A stretch of 43,918 nucleotides of DNA from positions 10,351 through 54,268 of the forward strand of contig CAYUVT010000001.1 in assembly GCA_964448165.1 (NCBI GenBank), read 5' to 3'. Positions 8,552-17,061 of the stretch are shown piece by piece. Origin of the DNA: an uncultured Anaerolineaceae bacterium (GTDB taxonomy: Bacteria > Chloroflexota > Dehalococcoidia > Tepidiformales > Tepidiformaceae). The notes below the pieces were generated by a model that worked only from the letters and a program-made list of their open reading frames with translations, was not told the DNA's origin and did not search any database. Made by a program: the position numbers and the translations under genes. Position 1 is the stretch's first letter; the number at the start of each line of letters is the position of its first letter.

Positions 8552-9010
8552 ATGCAATCCACAGGGACAGCGACACCGGGCCAGCAGCGAGCGCTCGTCT
8601 TGCTGGCCGTCGTACTGCTCCTCGGCATGCTGGTCGGGATCGCTGGCATGGCCATGTGGATGGCCGCCGCATGGCCCGGCGGCTGGGGCTTCGACCACAT
8701 GAACAGGATGATGGGCGGAGGGGGACGCGACAGCTCGCGCGACACGGCTGTACAGGGTTCGTTGGCCGAGACCATCAACATCGAGGACTTCGCCTACTCC
8801 CCCGGTAACCTTGAGGTGCCCGTGGGGGCGAGCGTGACCTGGATCAACCGCGACAGCGCGCCGCACTCGGCAACTGACCGGGACGGCTCCTGGGACACGG
8901 GGCTCCTGGCGCAGGGAGAGCGGGCCACGCTCGTCTTCGACGCACCCGGCACCTTCGACTACTACTGCACCGTGCACCCGAACATGAAGGCGCAGCTCGT
9001 TGTGCGTTAA
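8552..9010 (+). CDS. Membrane-anchored type-1 copper (cupredoxin/plastocyanin-like) protein
   Basis: TM anchor, Met/His-rich linker (FDHMNRMMGGGG), and cupredoxin ligands APHS...YYCTVHPNM (H, C, H, M). Confidence 0.85.
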   Translation: MQSTGTATPGQQRALVLLAVVLLLGMLVGIAGMAMWMAAAWPGGWGFDHMNRMMGGGGRDSSRDTAVQGSLAETINIEDFAYSPGNLEVPVGASVTWINRDSAPHSATDRDGSWDTGLLAQGERATLVFDAPGTFDYYCTVHPNMKAQLVVR

Positions 9011-9332
9011 GACGGACCAAGCCGCTCATCAATTGAAGGGGGCGCCCGTGAGGACACGAACCAGACCGCCGAGGTCCGAGCTTCTGTCAGGGACCGATGA
9101 ATCTGCCTGCCTGGTCGTCGAGCACGTGGGCGGAGCGACGGTGACCCAGTATGAGCCGGACATGAATGCCAAAGGTCAGGGTAGGGTAGGGATCCGGTCC
9201 GGGTTCGCACGATCGAGCTTTGGCGGCGATTGAGATGACTCCCATCTATGCGCTTGCGGCGGGCGCGGATTCGGCCATGCTGGCCAGCTTCGCGGCGCAT
9301 CGTCACCCGGTGAGGCAGGTCCGGAGTTCCCA

Positions 9333-10304
9333 ATGAAACGGGTTGCCGTGCTAACCAGTGGCGGCGACGCGCCCGGGATGAACGCTGCGATACGCGCCGT
9401 CGTGCGGAGCGGCATTCACAATGGTTGGGAGCTGGTCGGCGTGCGACGTGGCTACGCCGGGCTCATGTCCGGCGAGTTCGTGCCGCTCCGTGCGAGGGAT
9501 GTCGGCGGGATCATCCACCAGCCAGGGACCATGCTCGGGAGCGCTCGAGCCGCTGGCTTCAGGACCGCCGAAGGGCGTGAACAGGCCATCGAGCAGCTGG
9601 ACTCTCACGGGATCGGCGGGCTGGTAGTGATCGGGGGCAACGGCTCGCAGGCGGGCGCCGCGGCACTTAGTGAGCTGGGCGTAGCTGTGGTTGGAATCGC
9701 GTCGACGATCGACAACGACCTCCATGGATCGGATCAGAGTATCGGGGTGGACACGGCGCTGAACATTGCGCTTGAAGCGCTCGATCGTTTGAGAGCTACT
9801 GCTTCATCCCACGAACGCGCTTTCCTTGTCGAAGTCATGGGCCGCGATTGCGGATATCTCGCGCTCGTCGCAGCTATCGCCGGTGGGGCGGAGGCTGTCG
9901 TCATCCCGGAAGTCGATCGCGACCCGGATTCCGTCGTGCAGGAGCTACAGGCGGCGTACGAGCGGGGCAAGTCCCACGGGCTGGTCGTAGTCGCTGAGGG
10001 AGCGAGGTATGACGCGGAGGCGATCGCGCGGCACGTCAGGGAGCACCAGGATCAGGTCGGCTTCGAGCTGCGCGTGACGAAGCTCGGGCATGTCCAGCGC
10101 GGCGGAACTCCCACCGTCTTCGACCGATTGCTGGCCACCCAGCTCGGTGCCGCCGCCATCGACCAGCTCCATCTCGGCGCCGCTGGCAGACTCGTCGGCA
10201 TCCTCGGCGGGCGAGTTGCCACGACCCCGCTTGGCGAGGTTGCGAGCAAGACGAAGGAGCTCGACCACGGCCTGCTTGAACTGGCCCGCGTCCTCGCAGA
10301 CTGA
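9333..10304 (+). CDS. pfkA: ATP-dependent 6-phosphofructokinase
   Basis: MKRVAVLTSGGDAPGMNAAIRAVVR, IGGNGS, TIDNDL, MGRDCGYLAL; 323 aa. Confidence 0.95.
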   Translation: MKRVAVLTSGGDAPGMNAAIRAVVRSGIHNGWELVGVRRGYAGLMSGEFVPLRARDVGGIIHQPGTMLGSARAAGFRTAEGREQAIEQLDSHGIGGLVVIGGNGSQAGAAALSELGVAVVGIASTIDNDLHGSDQSIGVDTALNIALEALDRLRATASSHERAFLVEVMGRDCGYLALVAAIAGGAEAVVIPEVDRDPDSVVQELQAAYERGKSHGLVVVAEGARYDAEAIARHVREHQDQVGFELRVTKLGHVQRGGTPTVFDRLLATQLGAAAIDQLHLGAAGRLVGILGGRVATTPLGEVASKTKELDHGLLELARVLAD

Positions 10305-10429
10305 GGGGAGGCGCGCCGCTGCTTACCCGGCCTGAGCCCGCAAACCTGCGGCACACGCTGGTGCTTCGGGGTCTGGCGCCCGTTCGCGAACCCAATCCTT
10401 CACTGACCGTCCACTGCCACGGACGCTTC

Positions 10430-10446
10430 TACGACTTATCGTCGTA
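10430..10446. promoter_or_regulatory. Operator-like dyad S6: TACGAC-N5-GTCGTA
   Basis: Perfect palindrome, 30 nt upstream of ATG 10476, followed by GAGAGGAG. Confidence 0.65.
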
Positions 10447-10475
10447 CGAAGAGATCCCCCCGAGAGGAGCAACCA

Positions 10476-10805
10476 ATGCTTCACCTGATCATCCGGCCGT
10501 TCATCCGGCTGCTGGCCACGAGCCCGGAGATCGAGCGGCTCCCCTTCGTGCAACGGCCGCGGACTATGGCCGCGACCTGGGCCGGGCTCCTCGTCTGCAA
10601 GGTCGGGGCAATGGTCCTGCTGTCGCCCGCGATCGGGGCAGAGCTATTCGTCGCGACGCTTGTCGCTGGGATCGCTGCGACGTACGTCCGCTTCGGCCTG
10701 GGGCGGTCAATCGAAAGGGTCAATGGGGCCACGACGAGCCGTGGTTCGAAGGCGACCAGCATCACCCAGTCGGCGAACCCACTCGCTTCGCCCGTGCGGG
10801 CGTAA
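10476..10805 (+). CDS. Hypothetical membrane protein
   Basis: Strong SD and operator upstream; hydrophobic core TWAGLLVCKVGAMVLL...FVATLVAGIAATYV. The C-terminal third looks low-complexity. An antisense ORF (10481-11059) shares wobble positions, so the 3' end is uncertain. Confidence 0.4.
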   Translation: MLHLIIRPFIRLLATSPEIERLPFVQRPRTMAATWAGLLVCKVGAMVLLSPAIGAELFVATLVAGIAATYVRFGLGRSIERVNGATTSRGSKATSITQSANPLASPVRA

Positions 10806-10959
10806 CTGCCGATGACGTAGGGGCCCTCCGGCATCTTCCCACGATCTGGGGCACATCGAGCCAAGTACCCGGTTGTGCGGAGAATCCGGCGACTCCTTCT
10901 CGCTGGAAACGGCCTCGCGGCGGTCATGCTGGCCGCCCAGGAAGGTGAGCGAATCGGCA

Positions 10960-12801
10960 TCACAGTGCATACGCGTGCTCGACGTATTGTTGCGCCATGC
11001 GATGCGCGTTGAAGAACGAACCATTGATGGCGATTGTCTGCTTCATGATGCGTGTCCACACGTCTGGGGTGCCGTAAAAGGCAGGCAGGACCGCATCCTC
11101 CAGCTTCGCGTATAAGTCCGCGCTGTCCGCGCGATCGGCCTCCTCCCCGTCCAAGGGATCGACCGCACCGATGGACCAGCCGGTGACACCCTCGACGTGA
11201 CCCTCACGCCACCAGCCATCGAGCACGCTGAGGCTCGGCACCCCGTTCAGCGCCGCCTTCATCCCTGAAGTCCCGGAGGCTTCGAGGGGCCGCAGCGGCG
11301 TATTCAGCCACACGTCGGCGCCGGCGGTGAGCTTGAGCGCGAGATCGAGGTCGTAGCCCTCGAGATACACGACGGGGAACTCTGCTCCGAGCCGTTCGGC
11401 GAAGGCCAGGACCTCGCGGATGACCTCCTTGCCTCCGCCGTCGTCCGGGTGGGCGATGCCCGCGAACACGAGCTGGAAGGGGCGGGTGCGCGCTATGGCG
11501 CGCAGGCGCTCGATGTCGCGAAAGATGAGGGTCGGACGCTTGTAGGCGGTTGCCCTCCGTGCGAAGCCGATGGTGAGGATGTTCGGATCCAGCCGGGCGC
11601 CGGCGCGGATCTCGGTTTCCTTGAGCAACGCACCCTTGGCTGCCACGTGGGCCGCCTTCAGTTCGGCATCTGGGAGCGCTGTCGCATTGCGGAGCATCCA
11701 GGGGTCGCTTCGCCAGCCGGGGATACGCCGGTCGAACAGCGCCTGGATGGGGCGGCTGGTCCACCGCTGCGAGTGCACGCCGTTCGTGATCTGATGGATC
11801 TCGTACTCGGGGAACATCGAACTCGAGACTTCGCGGTGGCGAAGGGCGACGCCGTTCACGTAGTGGCTGAGGTTCAGGGCGAGCGCCGTCATGTTGAGGT
11901 CGCCGCTCCCGGCCAGCATCTCCAGGACGGAGTCGTCGATGAAGCCCGGCAGGAGGTCGTGCAGCAGTGCACGGTCAAAGCGGTCGTGCCCGGCGGCGAC
12001 CGGGGTGTGCGTGGTGAACACGCAGCGACGACGTACGTCAGCGAAGTCCCACTCGCCGCCGCTCGCCACGCGCTGGCGCAGCAACTCCACCGGGACGAGA
12101 GCCGCGTGACCCTCGTTGAGGTGGAAGGTGGTCAGGCCGCTGCAGCCCAGAGCCTGGAGCAAGCGAACACCACCCAGCGCCAGCACGATCTCCTGCGCCA
12201 GCCGGTAGCGACGATCACCTCCGTAGAGGTGGTCTGTCAGCGTGCGGCTCCAGGCATCGTTCTCGGGATGATCCGTGTCGAGGAGGACGAGTGGCACGAC
12301 GTGCTCTCCAGACCCGACGAACGACGTTTGCCACCCGCCGACGTGGACGTCCTGGCCTTCGACCTGGACGGTGGTCTCGACTGGGAGTCGCTGGAGGGAC
12401 GCTTCAGGCGACCAGGGGGAGCGCTCGTCCTCCTGTGCTCCGTCCCGAAGGCGTTGTTTGACATACCCCATGTGGTGGACGAGCGAAACGCCAACCACGG
12501 CCACGCCGAGGTCGGCGCAGGCCTGCAGGTGGTCGCCGGCGAGGACGCCGAGGCCGCCGGCATAGGTCGGCGCGTTGGACCGGAACGCCACCTCCATCGA
12601 GAAGTACGCGACGCGGACGGAGGACCATGCGAGCGGGACTGCCGCGGTTCCAGGTCGACCGTAGGCGGCGCCGCGTCGCTCGAACTGGCGCCTGCAGAAC
12701 TCCGAGCAGAAGAAGAAGGTCTCGCCGTCCCTCTCCACTGGCAGCGCCGCCGCGGACTCGATCGGCATCTGGCAGACCGGGTCGGTGACTGTCATGCTCA
12801 A
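10960..12801 (-). CDS. glgP: Alpha-glucan phosphorylase (GT35) with N-terminal YHS/TRASH-like metal-binding domain
   Basis: N-terminus DPVCQMPIE...GETFFFCSEFCRRQFE. The core has FSMEVA...YAGGLGVLAGDHL and the PLP-lysine motif EASGTSGMKAALNGVPSLSVLDGWW. Confidence 0.9.
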   Translation of the reverse strand: MSMTVTDPVCQMPIESAAALPVERDGETFFFCSEFCRRQFERRGAAYGRPGTAAVPLAWSSVRVAYFSMEVAFRSNAPTYAGGLGVLAGDHLQACADLGVAVVGVSLVHHMGYVKQRLRDGAQEDERSPWSPEASLQRLPVETTVQVEGQDVHVGGWQTSFVGSGEHVVPLVLLDTDHPENDAWSRTLTDHLYGGDRRYRLAQEIVLALGGVRLLQALGCSGLTTFHLNEGHAALVPVELLRQRVASGGEWDFADVRRRCVFTTHTPVAAGHDRFDRALLHDLLPGFIDDSVLEMLAGSGDLNMTALALNLSHYVNGVALRHREVSSSMFPEYEIHQITNGVHSQRWTSRPIQALFDRRIPGWRSDPWMLRNATALPDAELKAAHVAAKGALLKETEIRAGARLDPNILTIGFARRATAYKRPTLIFRDIERLRAIARTRPFQLVFAGIAHPDDGGGKEVIREVLAFAERLGAEFPVVYLEGYDLDLALKLTAGADVWLNTPLRPLEASGTSGMKAALNGVPSLSVLDGWWREGHVEGVTGWSIGAVDPLDGEEADRADSADLYAKLEDAVLPAFYGTPDVWTRIMKQTIAINGSFFNAHRMAQQYVEHAYAL

Positions 12802-12831
12802 TCGCCTCCCCCGACTCCTTCTTGCGGTACG

Positions 12832-13416
12832 TCAGGCCGAAGCGGGCGAGGCTGTCGAACGGGCGGCGTGAGCCCGCGGGCCGATCAGCACGACCGGGAG
12901 GGGCGATTGCCGCATGACCTCCTCGGCGACGCTGCCCACGAGCGTATGCCTGATGCCGCTGCGTCCGTGGGTCCCCATCGCGATCGCGTCCGCGCCCAGG
13001 GCCTTGGCCGTCTCAAGGATGGCCTCCGCCGTGCGGTCGGAGAAATCGACGTGGATCGAGGCGCCTGCCCCCGCCAGGTCTCGAGCCGCTACCTGCCGCA
13101 GGTAGTCCTCTCGCTCGGATCGCGCCCGGGCAAGCGCTTGTCCCCGGTATTCGACAGTCATCGGCCGTTGATCCCCGACGGCGGCTCTGAGCCCGCCATA
13201 CTGGTCGCCACCGACCGCGGGGATGTGGCCTGGCTCTGTCCCCTCAGGCTCAAGAAACTCGGCGGAGCTCGACCGCTCGGCACGGCTATGAACCTCGTCG
13301 GGGTGAATCACCGAGAGAAGATGGACTTCCATCGTACCCGCGCGCGCCCAGGTCTCCATCGCGCGGGCCGCGCTCTCGCCGATCTCACTCATATCCAAGG
13401 CGACCAGGACTCGCAT
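12832..13416 (-). CDS. Universal stress protein (UspA family)
   Basis: ATG 13416 after AGGAGG. MRVLVALDMSE...GADAIAMGTHGRSGIRHTLVGSVAEEVMRQSPLPVVLI. Confidence 0.85.
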   Translation of the reverse strand: MRVLVALDMSEIGESAARAMETWARAGTMEVHLLSVIHPDEVHSRAERSSSAEFLEPEGTEPGHIPAVGGDQYGGLRAAVGDQRPMTVEYRGQALARARSEREDYLRQVAARDLAGAGASIHVDFSDRTAEAILETAKALGADAIAMGTHGRSGIRHTLVGSVAEEVMRQSPLPVVLIGPRAHAARSTASPASA

Positions 13417-13426
13417 GGCGAACCTC

Positions 13427-13654
13427 CTATAATTTGCTCGATCCCGTGTCGGCTGCAGCTGGAGGCGCGGCGGCTTCGGCCTCGCGCGCCGGGGCCGCTG
13501 CCGGTTGGGCGACAGGGTCGGTCTCGGCCAGTAGTTCCTTCTCCGCTGCGAGCCAGTCGTCGAGGTCGTGTCCGTCCGCGCAGCCACGCGCACAGTAGAG
13601 CTCGTACGCGCGTCGCTCGATCGCGCTCGGATCGACGAAAAGGTTCTCCGGCAT
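13427..13654 (-). CDS. DUF2934-family small protein with CARGC (CxxxC) variant
   Basis: RRAYELYCARGCADGHDLDDWLAAE matches the DUF2934 core (RAYxxW/YxxRG...D..DWxxAE). The ATG overlaps the upstream TGA (TGATG). Confidence 0.75.
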   Translation of the reverse strand: MPENLFVDPSAIERRAYELYCARGCADGHDLDDWLAAEKELLAETDPVAQPAAAPAREAEAAAPPAAADTGSSKL

Positions 13655-13872
13655 CAGCTTGCCCTCCTCCCTGGCATCGGGCTTATCGGTGTCTCGGCCC
13701 CGGGTAGAGCAGGGCTCGGGTCAGCCGGCGCCTGGAGCGCTTGTTCGCGGCAGGCTCGGCAGCGGCTGCGCATGGCGCGCCCGGATGCGACATCGACGAT
13801 CCAGGCGGCCGGGTGACCGCACGCGCCCCGGCGCTCGTTCCGTGAATCCTCACACCTGGGCACCTCCGGCAC
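13654..13872 (-). CDS. Small hypothetical protein (paralog of the N-terminal part of 33690-34190)
   Basis: GHPAAWIVDVASGRAMRSR aligns with GHKERVAWVVDLASRRIVRVD of the other locus. It has the same position relative to a DUF2934 gene and an N4 dyad. Start is uncertain (GTG 13872 or 13863). Confidence 0.3.
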   Translation of the reverse strand: MPEVPRCEDSRNERRGACGHPAAWIVDVASGRAMRSRCRACREQALQAPADPSPALPGAETPISPMPGRRAS

Positions 13873-13898
13873 CCAATCCCGACGCGCCGCCTGAAGTC

Positions 13899-13914
13899 TA
13901 CGACGGACGTAGGA
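13899..13914. promoter_or_regulatory. Operator-like dyad S7: TACGAC-N4-GTAGgA
   Basis: One mismatch. Heads the minus-strand string small ORF-DUF2934-USP-YHS-GlgP. Confidence 0.5.
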
Positions 13915-14046
13915 GGACGACAATTGAACATCGCGGGGACGGAGGACACGTCCGAATGCTCCGCCGCGAGGGGGCCGGGTGGACCAACTCCGACGGCCAC
14001 GGGGCAACGGCGTGGCACTGCGAGCTGATAACACCTTCGGCCCGGC

Positions 14047-14904
14047 TCAGGGCTGCGTCCGGACCAGCAGCACGGGTCTGTCCGCCGCCCGCATGACCGC
14101 GTCTGCGGTGCTTCCGAGGGCCAGGCGGCGCACGCCCCCGCGCCCGTGCGTGCCCATCACGATGATCCCGCATCCATGCCGGTCCGCGTAGTCGAGGATC
14201 ACGTCGAGCGGGCGCCCTTCGGCGACCGAGTGTGTCTCACCAGGGTGTTCTACTGCCCCGAGATACTCTTCGGCCCAGGCGGTCAGCTGTTCGCGGGCGT
14301 CATCTATGCCATAGGCGGGCCAGGGCATGCCGATCTGGCCGAGCAGGTCGACGGCCCGCAGCAGGTGGATCTCGGCGCCGAGCGCGGCCGCTAGATCGCG
14401 GGCTTCCGCCAGGGCAAGCTCCGCCGTAGCCGAGCCGTCGAGCGGCACGAGAATGCGAGCGACCGGGGGGCGACTCGAGGCGGGATGGACCACGAGCGCA
14501 GATCGTGTCGCCGTGCGGATCAGGGAGTCGGCGATGCTGCCCATGGTGAAGCGACGGAGGCCGCCGCGGCCGTGCGTCGTCAACGCCACAAGCCGAACGT
14601 CGAGCTCATCGACTGCGGCACGCAGCTCCGACTGGACGTGTCCTGAACGAACTTCCTCCGTCACAGCCACCCCAGCGAGGTCCGCCCGCTGAGCGACCCG
14701 ACGGAGGTAGGACCGAAGCTCCCCTTCGACCGCTCCGGCCACCGGCCGGTGATGAAGTGCCACTCGCTCCAACACGTGGTGGCCAGCGTCCCACACCGTC
14801 AGGAGCTTCACGGAACAGTCGTACGCGCGGGCGAGGTACGCAGCCCAGGGAAGCGCCTCCTCAGCCAGCGTCGACTCGTCCAGCGGTACCACGATCGTCG
14901 GCAT
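14047..14904 (-). CDS. Tandem-domain universal stress protein
   Basis: Two USP repeats, each ending in a G-2x-G-9x-G(S/T)-like motif (TTHGRGGLRRFTMGSIAD; GTHGRGGVRRLALGSTAD). Confidence 0.85.
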   Translation of the reverse strand: MPTIVVPLDESTLAEEALPWAAYLARAYDCSVKLLTVWDAGHHVLERVALHHRPVAGAVEGELRSYLRRVAQRADLAGVAVTEEVRSGHVQSELRAAVDELDVRLVALTTHGRGGLRRFTMGSIADSLIRTATRSALVVHPASSRPPVARILVPLDGSATAELALAEARDLAAALGAEIHLLRAVDLLGQIGMPWPAYGIDDAREQLTAWAEEYLGAVEHPGETHSVAEGRPLDVILDYADRHGCGIIVMGTHGRGGVRRLALGSTADAVMRAADRPVLLVRTQP

Positions 14905-14925
14905 GCCTTCTCGTCTCCTCGGGAC

Positions 14926-15612
14926 TCAGCCGGCGGGAGTGGTCGGTGAACTTCGCGACGTCGCCCGCAGGAGGCGCCCGATGAGCGCGGCAACCACCGC
15001 CAGGACGGCCGCGAGCAGCCACACCCACAGGTCGACGATGATCCACGCGAGCCACCCGACCGTGACAGCGCCGAGGACGAGGAGGGCGACGCTGGCGATA
15101 TCCCTCCCGCGCCGGCCGGCGCGTTTCCAGAGCCACGGCCCGAGCCACCCGTCGGCGCCGTACTTCCCGGCTCCGCTCCCCAGGAAGACGATGGCGAGCC
15201 CGAGCACGACGAACGGCGGATTCGTCGAAGAGGTGCCCGACCAGAGGAAGGCGAGGTTCATCGCCACCCCAGCCAGCGCTGCCGGGCGAGTGAGGACGCC
15301 AGCGATCAGGGCCACCCCGACAAGCAGCTCGCCGTAAGCGACGAGGTAGGCCAAGGCCTCGGTGTTCGGGAGGAAGACCCGATCGATGAGGTCGTGCCAC
15401 CAGTGCGGGACCTCCGGGTGCGGCCCCTGGGTCGACTTCGCGATCGCGCCATTGAGGAATCCCTCCACGGCCGCGCCGGTCGGGCTTGCCGTCCAGCCAG
15501 AATCGCCGATCTTCTCCCAGGCGCCGCGCACCCACTCGATCCCGAGGATCAGCCGGATGAAGAGCCATGCCGCAGGGGTGAATGTTCGCAACTCCTGTCT
15601 GGTGAATCGCAT
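14926..15612 (-). CDS. DoxX/DoxD-like integral membrane protein
   Basis: ATG 15612 after GAAGGAGG. IRLILGIEWVRGAWEK...YGELLVGVALIAGVLTRPAALAG pattern typical of the DoxX family; extra C-terminal TM helices. Confidence 0.55.
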   Translation of the reverse strand: MRFTRQELRTFTPAAWLFIRLILGIEWVRGAWEKIGDSGWTASPTGAAVEGFLNGAIAKSTQGPHPEVPHWWHDLIDRVFLPNTEALAYLVAYGELLVGVALIAGVLTRPAALAGVAMNLAFLWSGTSSTNPPFVVLGLAIVFLGSGAGKYGADGWLGPWLWKRAGRRGRDIASVALLVLGAVTVGWLAWIIVDLWVWLLAAVLAVVAALIGRLLRATSRSSPTTPAG

Positions 15613-15658
15613 CTGCGCCTCCTTCCTGAGACGGGTTACTTCGCCATCGACCCACCCG

Positions 15659-16497
15659 TCAGGTGACGCTCTTCGAAGGGGAACGTGTCGAACGATCGGC
15701 AGTGACGAGGCGGGCGCGTTTGCCCATGTACTCCACCCGCGAGATGAGGTTCACACGTGCCGCCCGCTTGTGATCGCCTCGAACAACCACCCAGGGCGAC
15801 TGGGGCTGTGTGTCCCGCGCAGCATATCGTCGCGGGCCTCGGTGTAGGCCGACGACTTCTCGATCGCAAGGTCGTCGATGGGGCTCAGCCTCCACTGCTT
15901 GAGGGGGTTCGTCTTGCGGTCGCGAAGGCGGCGCTCCTGTTCCTCGCGCGTGATGACGAGGTAGTACTTGAAGAGGCCGATCCCGGCGCGGATGAGCAGC
16001 TCCTCGAACTGCGCGACATCGCGCATGAACGCCTCGTACCCGGTCTGCGAGCAGCACCCCATGACGCGTTCGACACCGGCCCGGTTGTACCAGCTGCGAT
16101 TGAAGACGACGATCTCGCCGGCCGCTGGCAGATGCGCCACGTAGCGCTGGAAGTACCAGGAGGCGGTGTCCCTATCAGCCGGCTTGCCCAGGGCGACGAC
16201 CCTGGTCTCGCGCGGACTGAGATGCTGGACGAAGCGCTTCGCCACGCCGTCCTTGCCGGCGGCATCCCTTCCTTCAAGCACTACGAGGAACCGGGCGGCG
16301 CCGATGCTGCAGCAATCGCGCTGGAGCTTCACGAGTTCGACCTGCAGCTCGCGGAGCGCCTTCCGGTACCCGCCACTATTGCCTGTCTTGGCGGAGTGCT
16401 CGTCGGTACGCACTCGCTTGCGCGACGGCTCCGTCGCTCTCACTTCGCTCCCTTGGGACGTTGCCGTTGTGGATTTCTCAGTCATCGGGGACCGCAC
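15659..16497 (-). pseudogene. ppk2: Polyphosphate kinase 2, apparent -1 frameshift near 15814-15816 (or sequencing indel)
   Basis: ORF 15751-16497 has GRDAAGKDG, FNRSWYNRAGVERVMG and EEQERRLRDRKTNPLKQWRLSPID, then ends in non-family sequence. The conserved tail DTQPQSPWVVVRGDHKRAARVNLISRV continues in ORF 15659-16057. Adding one G to the GGG run joins them. Confidence 0.85.
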
Positions 16498-16663
16498 CCC
16501 TGCAGCGCGCGCCCCTCGCGCCGCTCACGATGGCGACCGTCAGGGGCCAGGTGATGAACGGCCCAGACAGACGACCAGGGAGGCTCCAGCGCTGCATGCC
16601 ACCATCAGCATGCGAATTCGCGGCAACGCCGCCGGACCCGTGACCGTGCTCCATTTGTTCCAT
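16478..16663 (-). CDS. His-rich leader mini-ORF (61 codons), translationally coupled to ppk2
   Basis: MEQMEHGHGSGGVAANSHADGGMQRW... The ATG shares its A with the dyad S8, and GGAG in the dyad spacer serves as SD. Its stop overlaps the ppk2 ATG 16485 (ATGACTGA). Confidence 0.45.
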   Translation of the reverse strand: MEQMEHGHGSGGVAANSHADGGMQRWSLPGRLSGPFITWPLTVAIVSGARGARCRGAVPDD

Positions 16664-16678
16664 ACGACCTCCGTCGTA
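16663..16678. promoter_or_regulatory. Operator-like dyad S8: TACGAC-N4-GTCGTA
   Basis: Perfect palindrome; the spacer on the coding (minus) strand is GGAG. Confidence 0.65.
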
Positions 16679-16952
16679 GTTTACAGCCGAAGGTCGAGCA
16701 GCATCCCCCGCGGCCACCAGGGCCGAAGCCCGCTCAACCGCTGGCCGCTCGCAGGCCAGCGAAGGGTTGGTCGTACCGTGCGGACGATGGAACTGTCCAG
16801 TGCGACCACGGAGGCCCACCCCACATGTCTCACCCGCACAGCGGCACCTCGATCTCGGAGTCACGCGCTGGAACGCTTGGTCATGCCACGCCTCCTCCTG
16901 CTGGCTGGGGGGCCGAACGGCCTCAGCCGCGTCGCCAAGCCTATCGTTGGCG

Positions 16953-16969
16953 TACGACTTGTAGTAGTA
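16953..16969. promoter_or_regulatory. Operator-like dyad S9: TACGAC-N5-GTAGTA upstream of cytochrome b
   Basis: GTAGTAGTA allows N2 or N5 registers. It overlaps TAATAT (16968-16973, -10 candidate), about 95 nt before ATG 17062. Confidence 0.6.
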
Positions 16970-17061
16970 ATATGCCCGTCCGGTAGCGTGCGTCTGCCGC
17001 CGTCGTGCGCAGGGGCGCCGGGGCGTTCGGACGGGAGCGGGAGTGAAGGAAGGTCCGGTCG

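Noticed and set aside
10481-11059. 192-aa minus-strand ORF whose first part (MPEGPYVIGSYARTGEASGFADWVMLVAFEP) looks protein-like
   Set aside because: It shares third-codon positions with the + ORF 10476-10805, which has a strong SD and a perfect dyad. Its second half is low-complexity, and it overlaps the glgP 3' end. I kept it only as a caveat on the 3' end of 10476-10805.
13089-13105. Palindrome CTACCTGCcGCAGGTAG, and similar TAC/GTA-containing inverted repeats at about 2225-2240 and 10970-10990
   Set aside because: They lie inside well-supported coding regions and their half-sites do not match TAC(T/G)AC / GT(A/C)GTA. They are most simply explained by codon content (YLRQV and similar).
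11449-13707. 752-aa ORF on the + strand
   Set aside because: Arg/Gly/Pro-rich, with no recognisable motifs. It lies antisense to the well-supported glgP, USP and DUF2934 genes and shares their wobble positions. This is a typical shadow ORF of GC-rich DNA.
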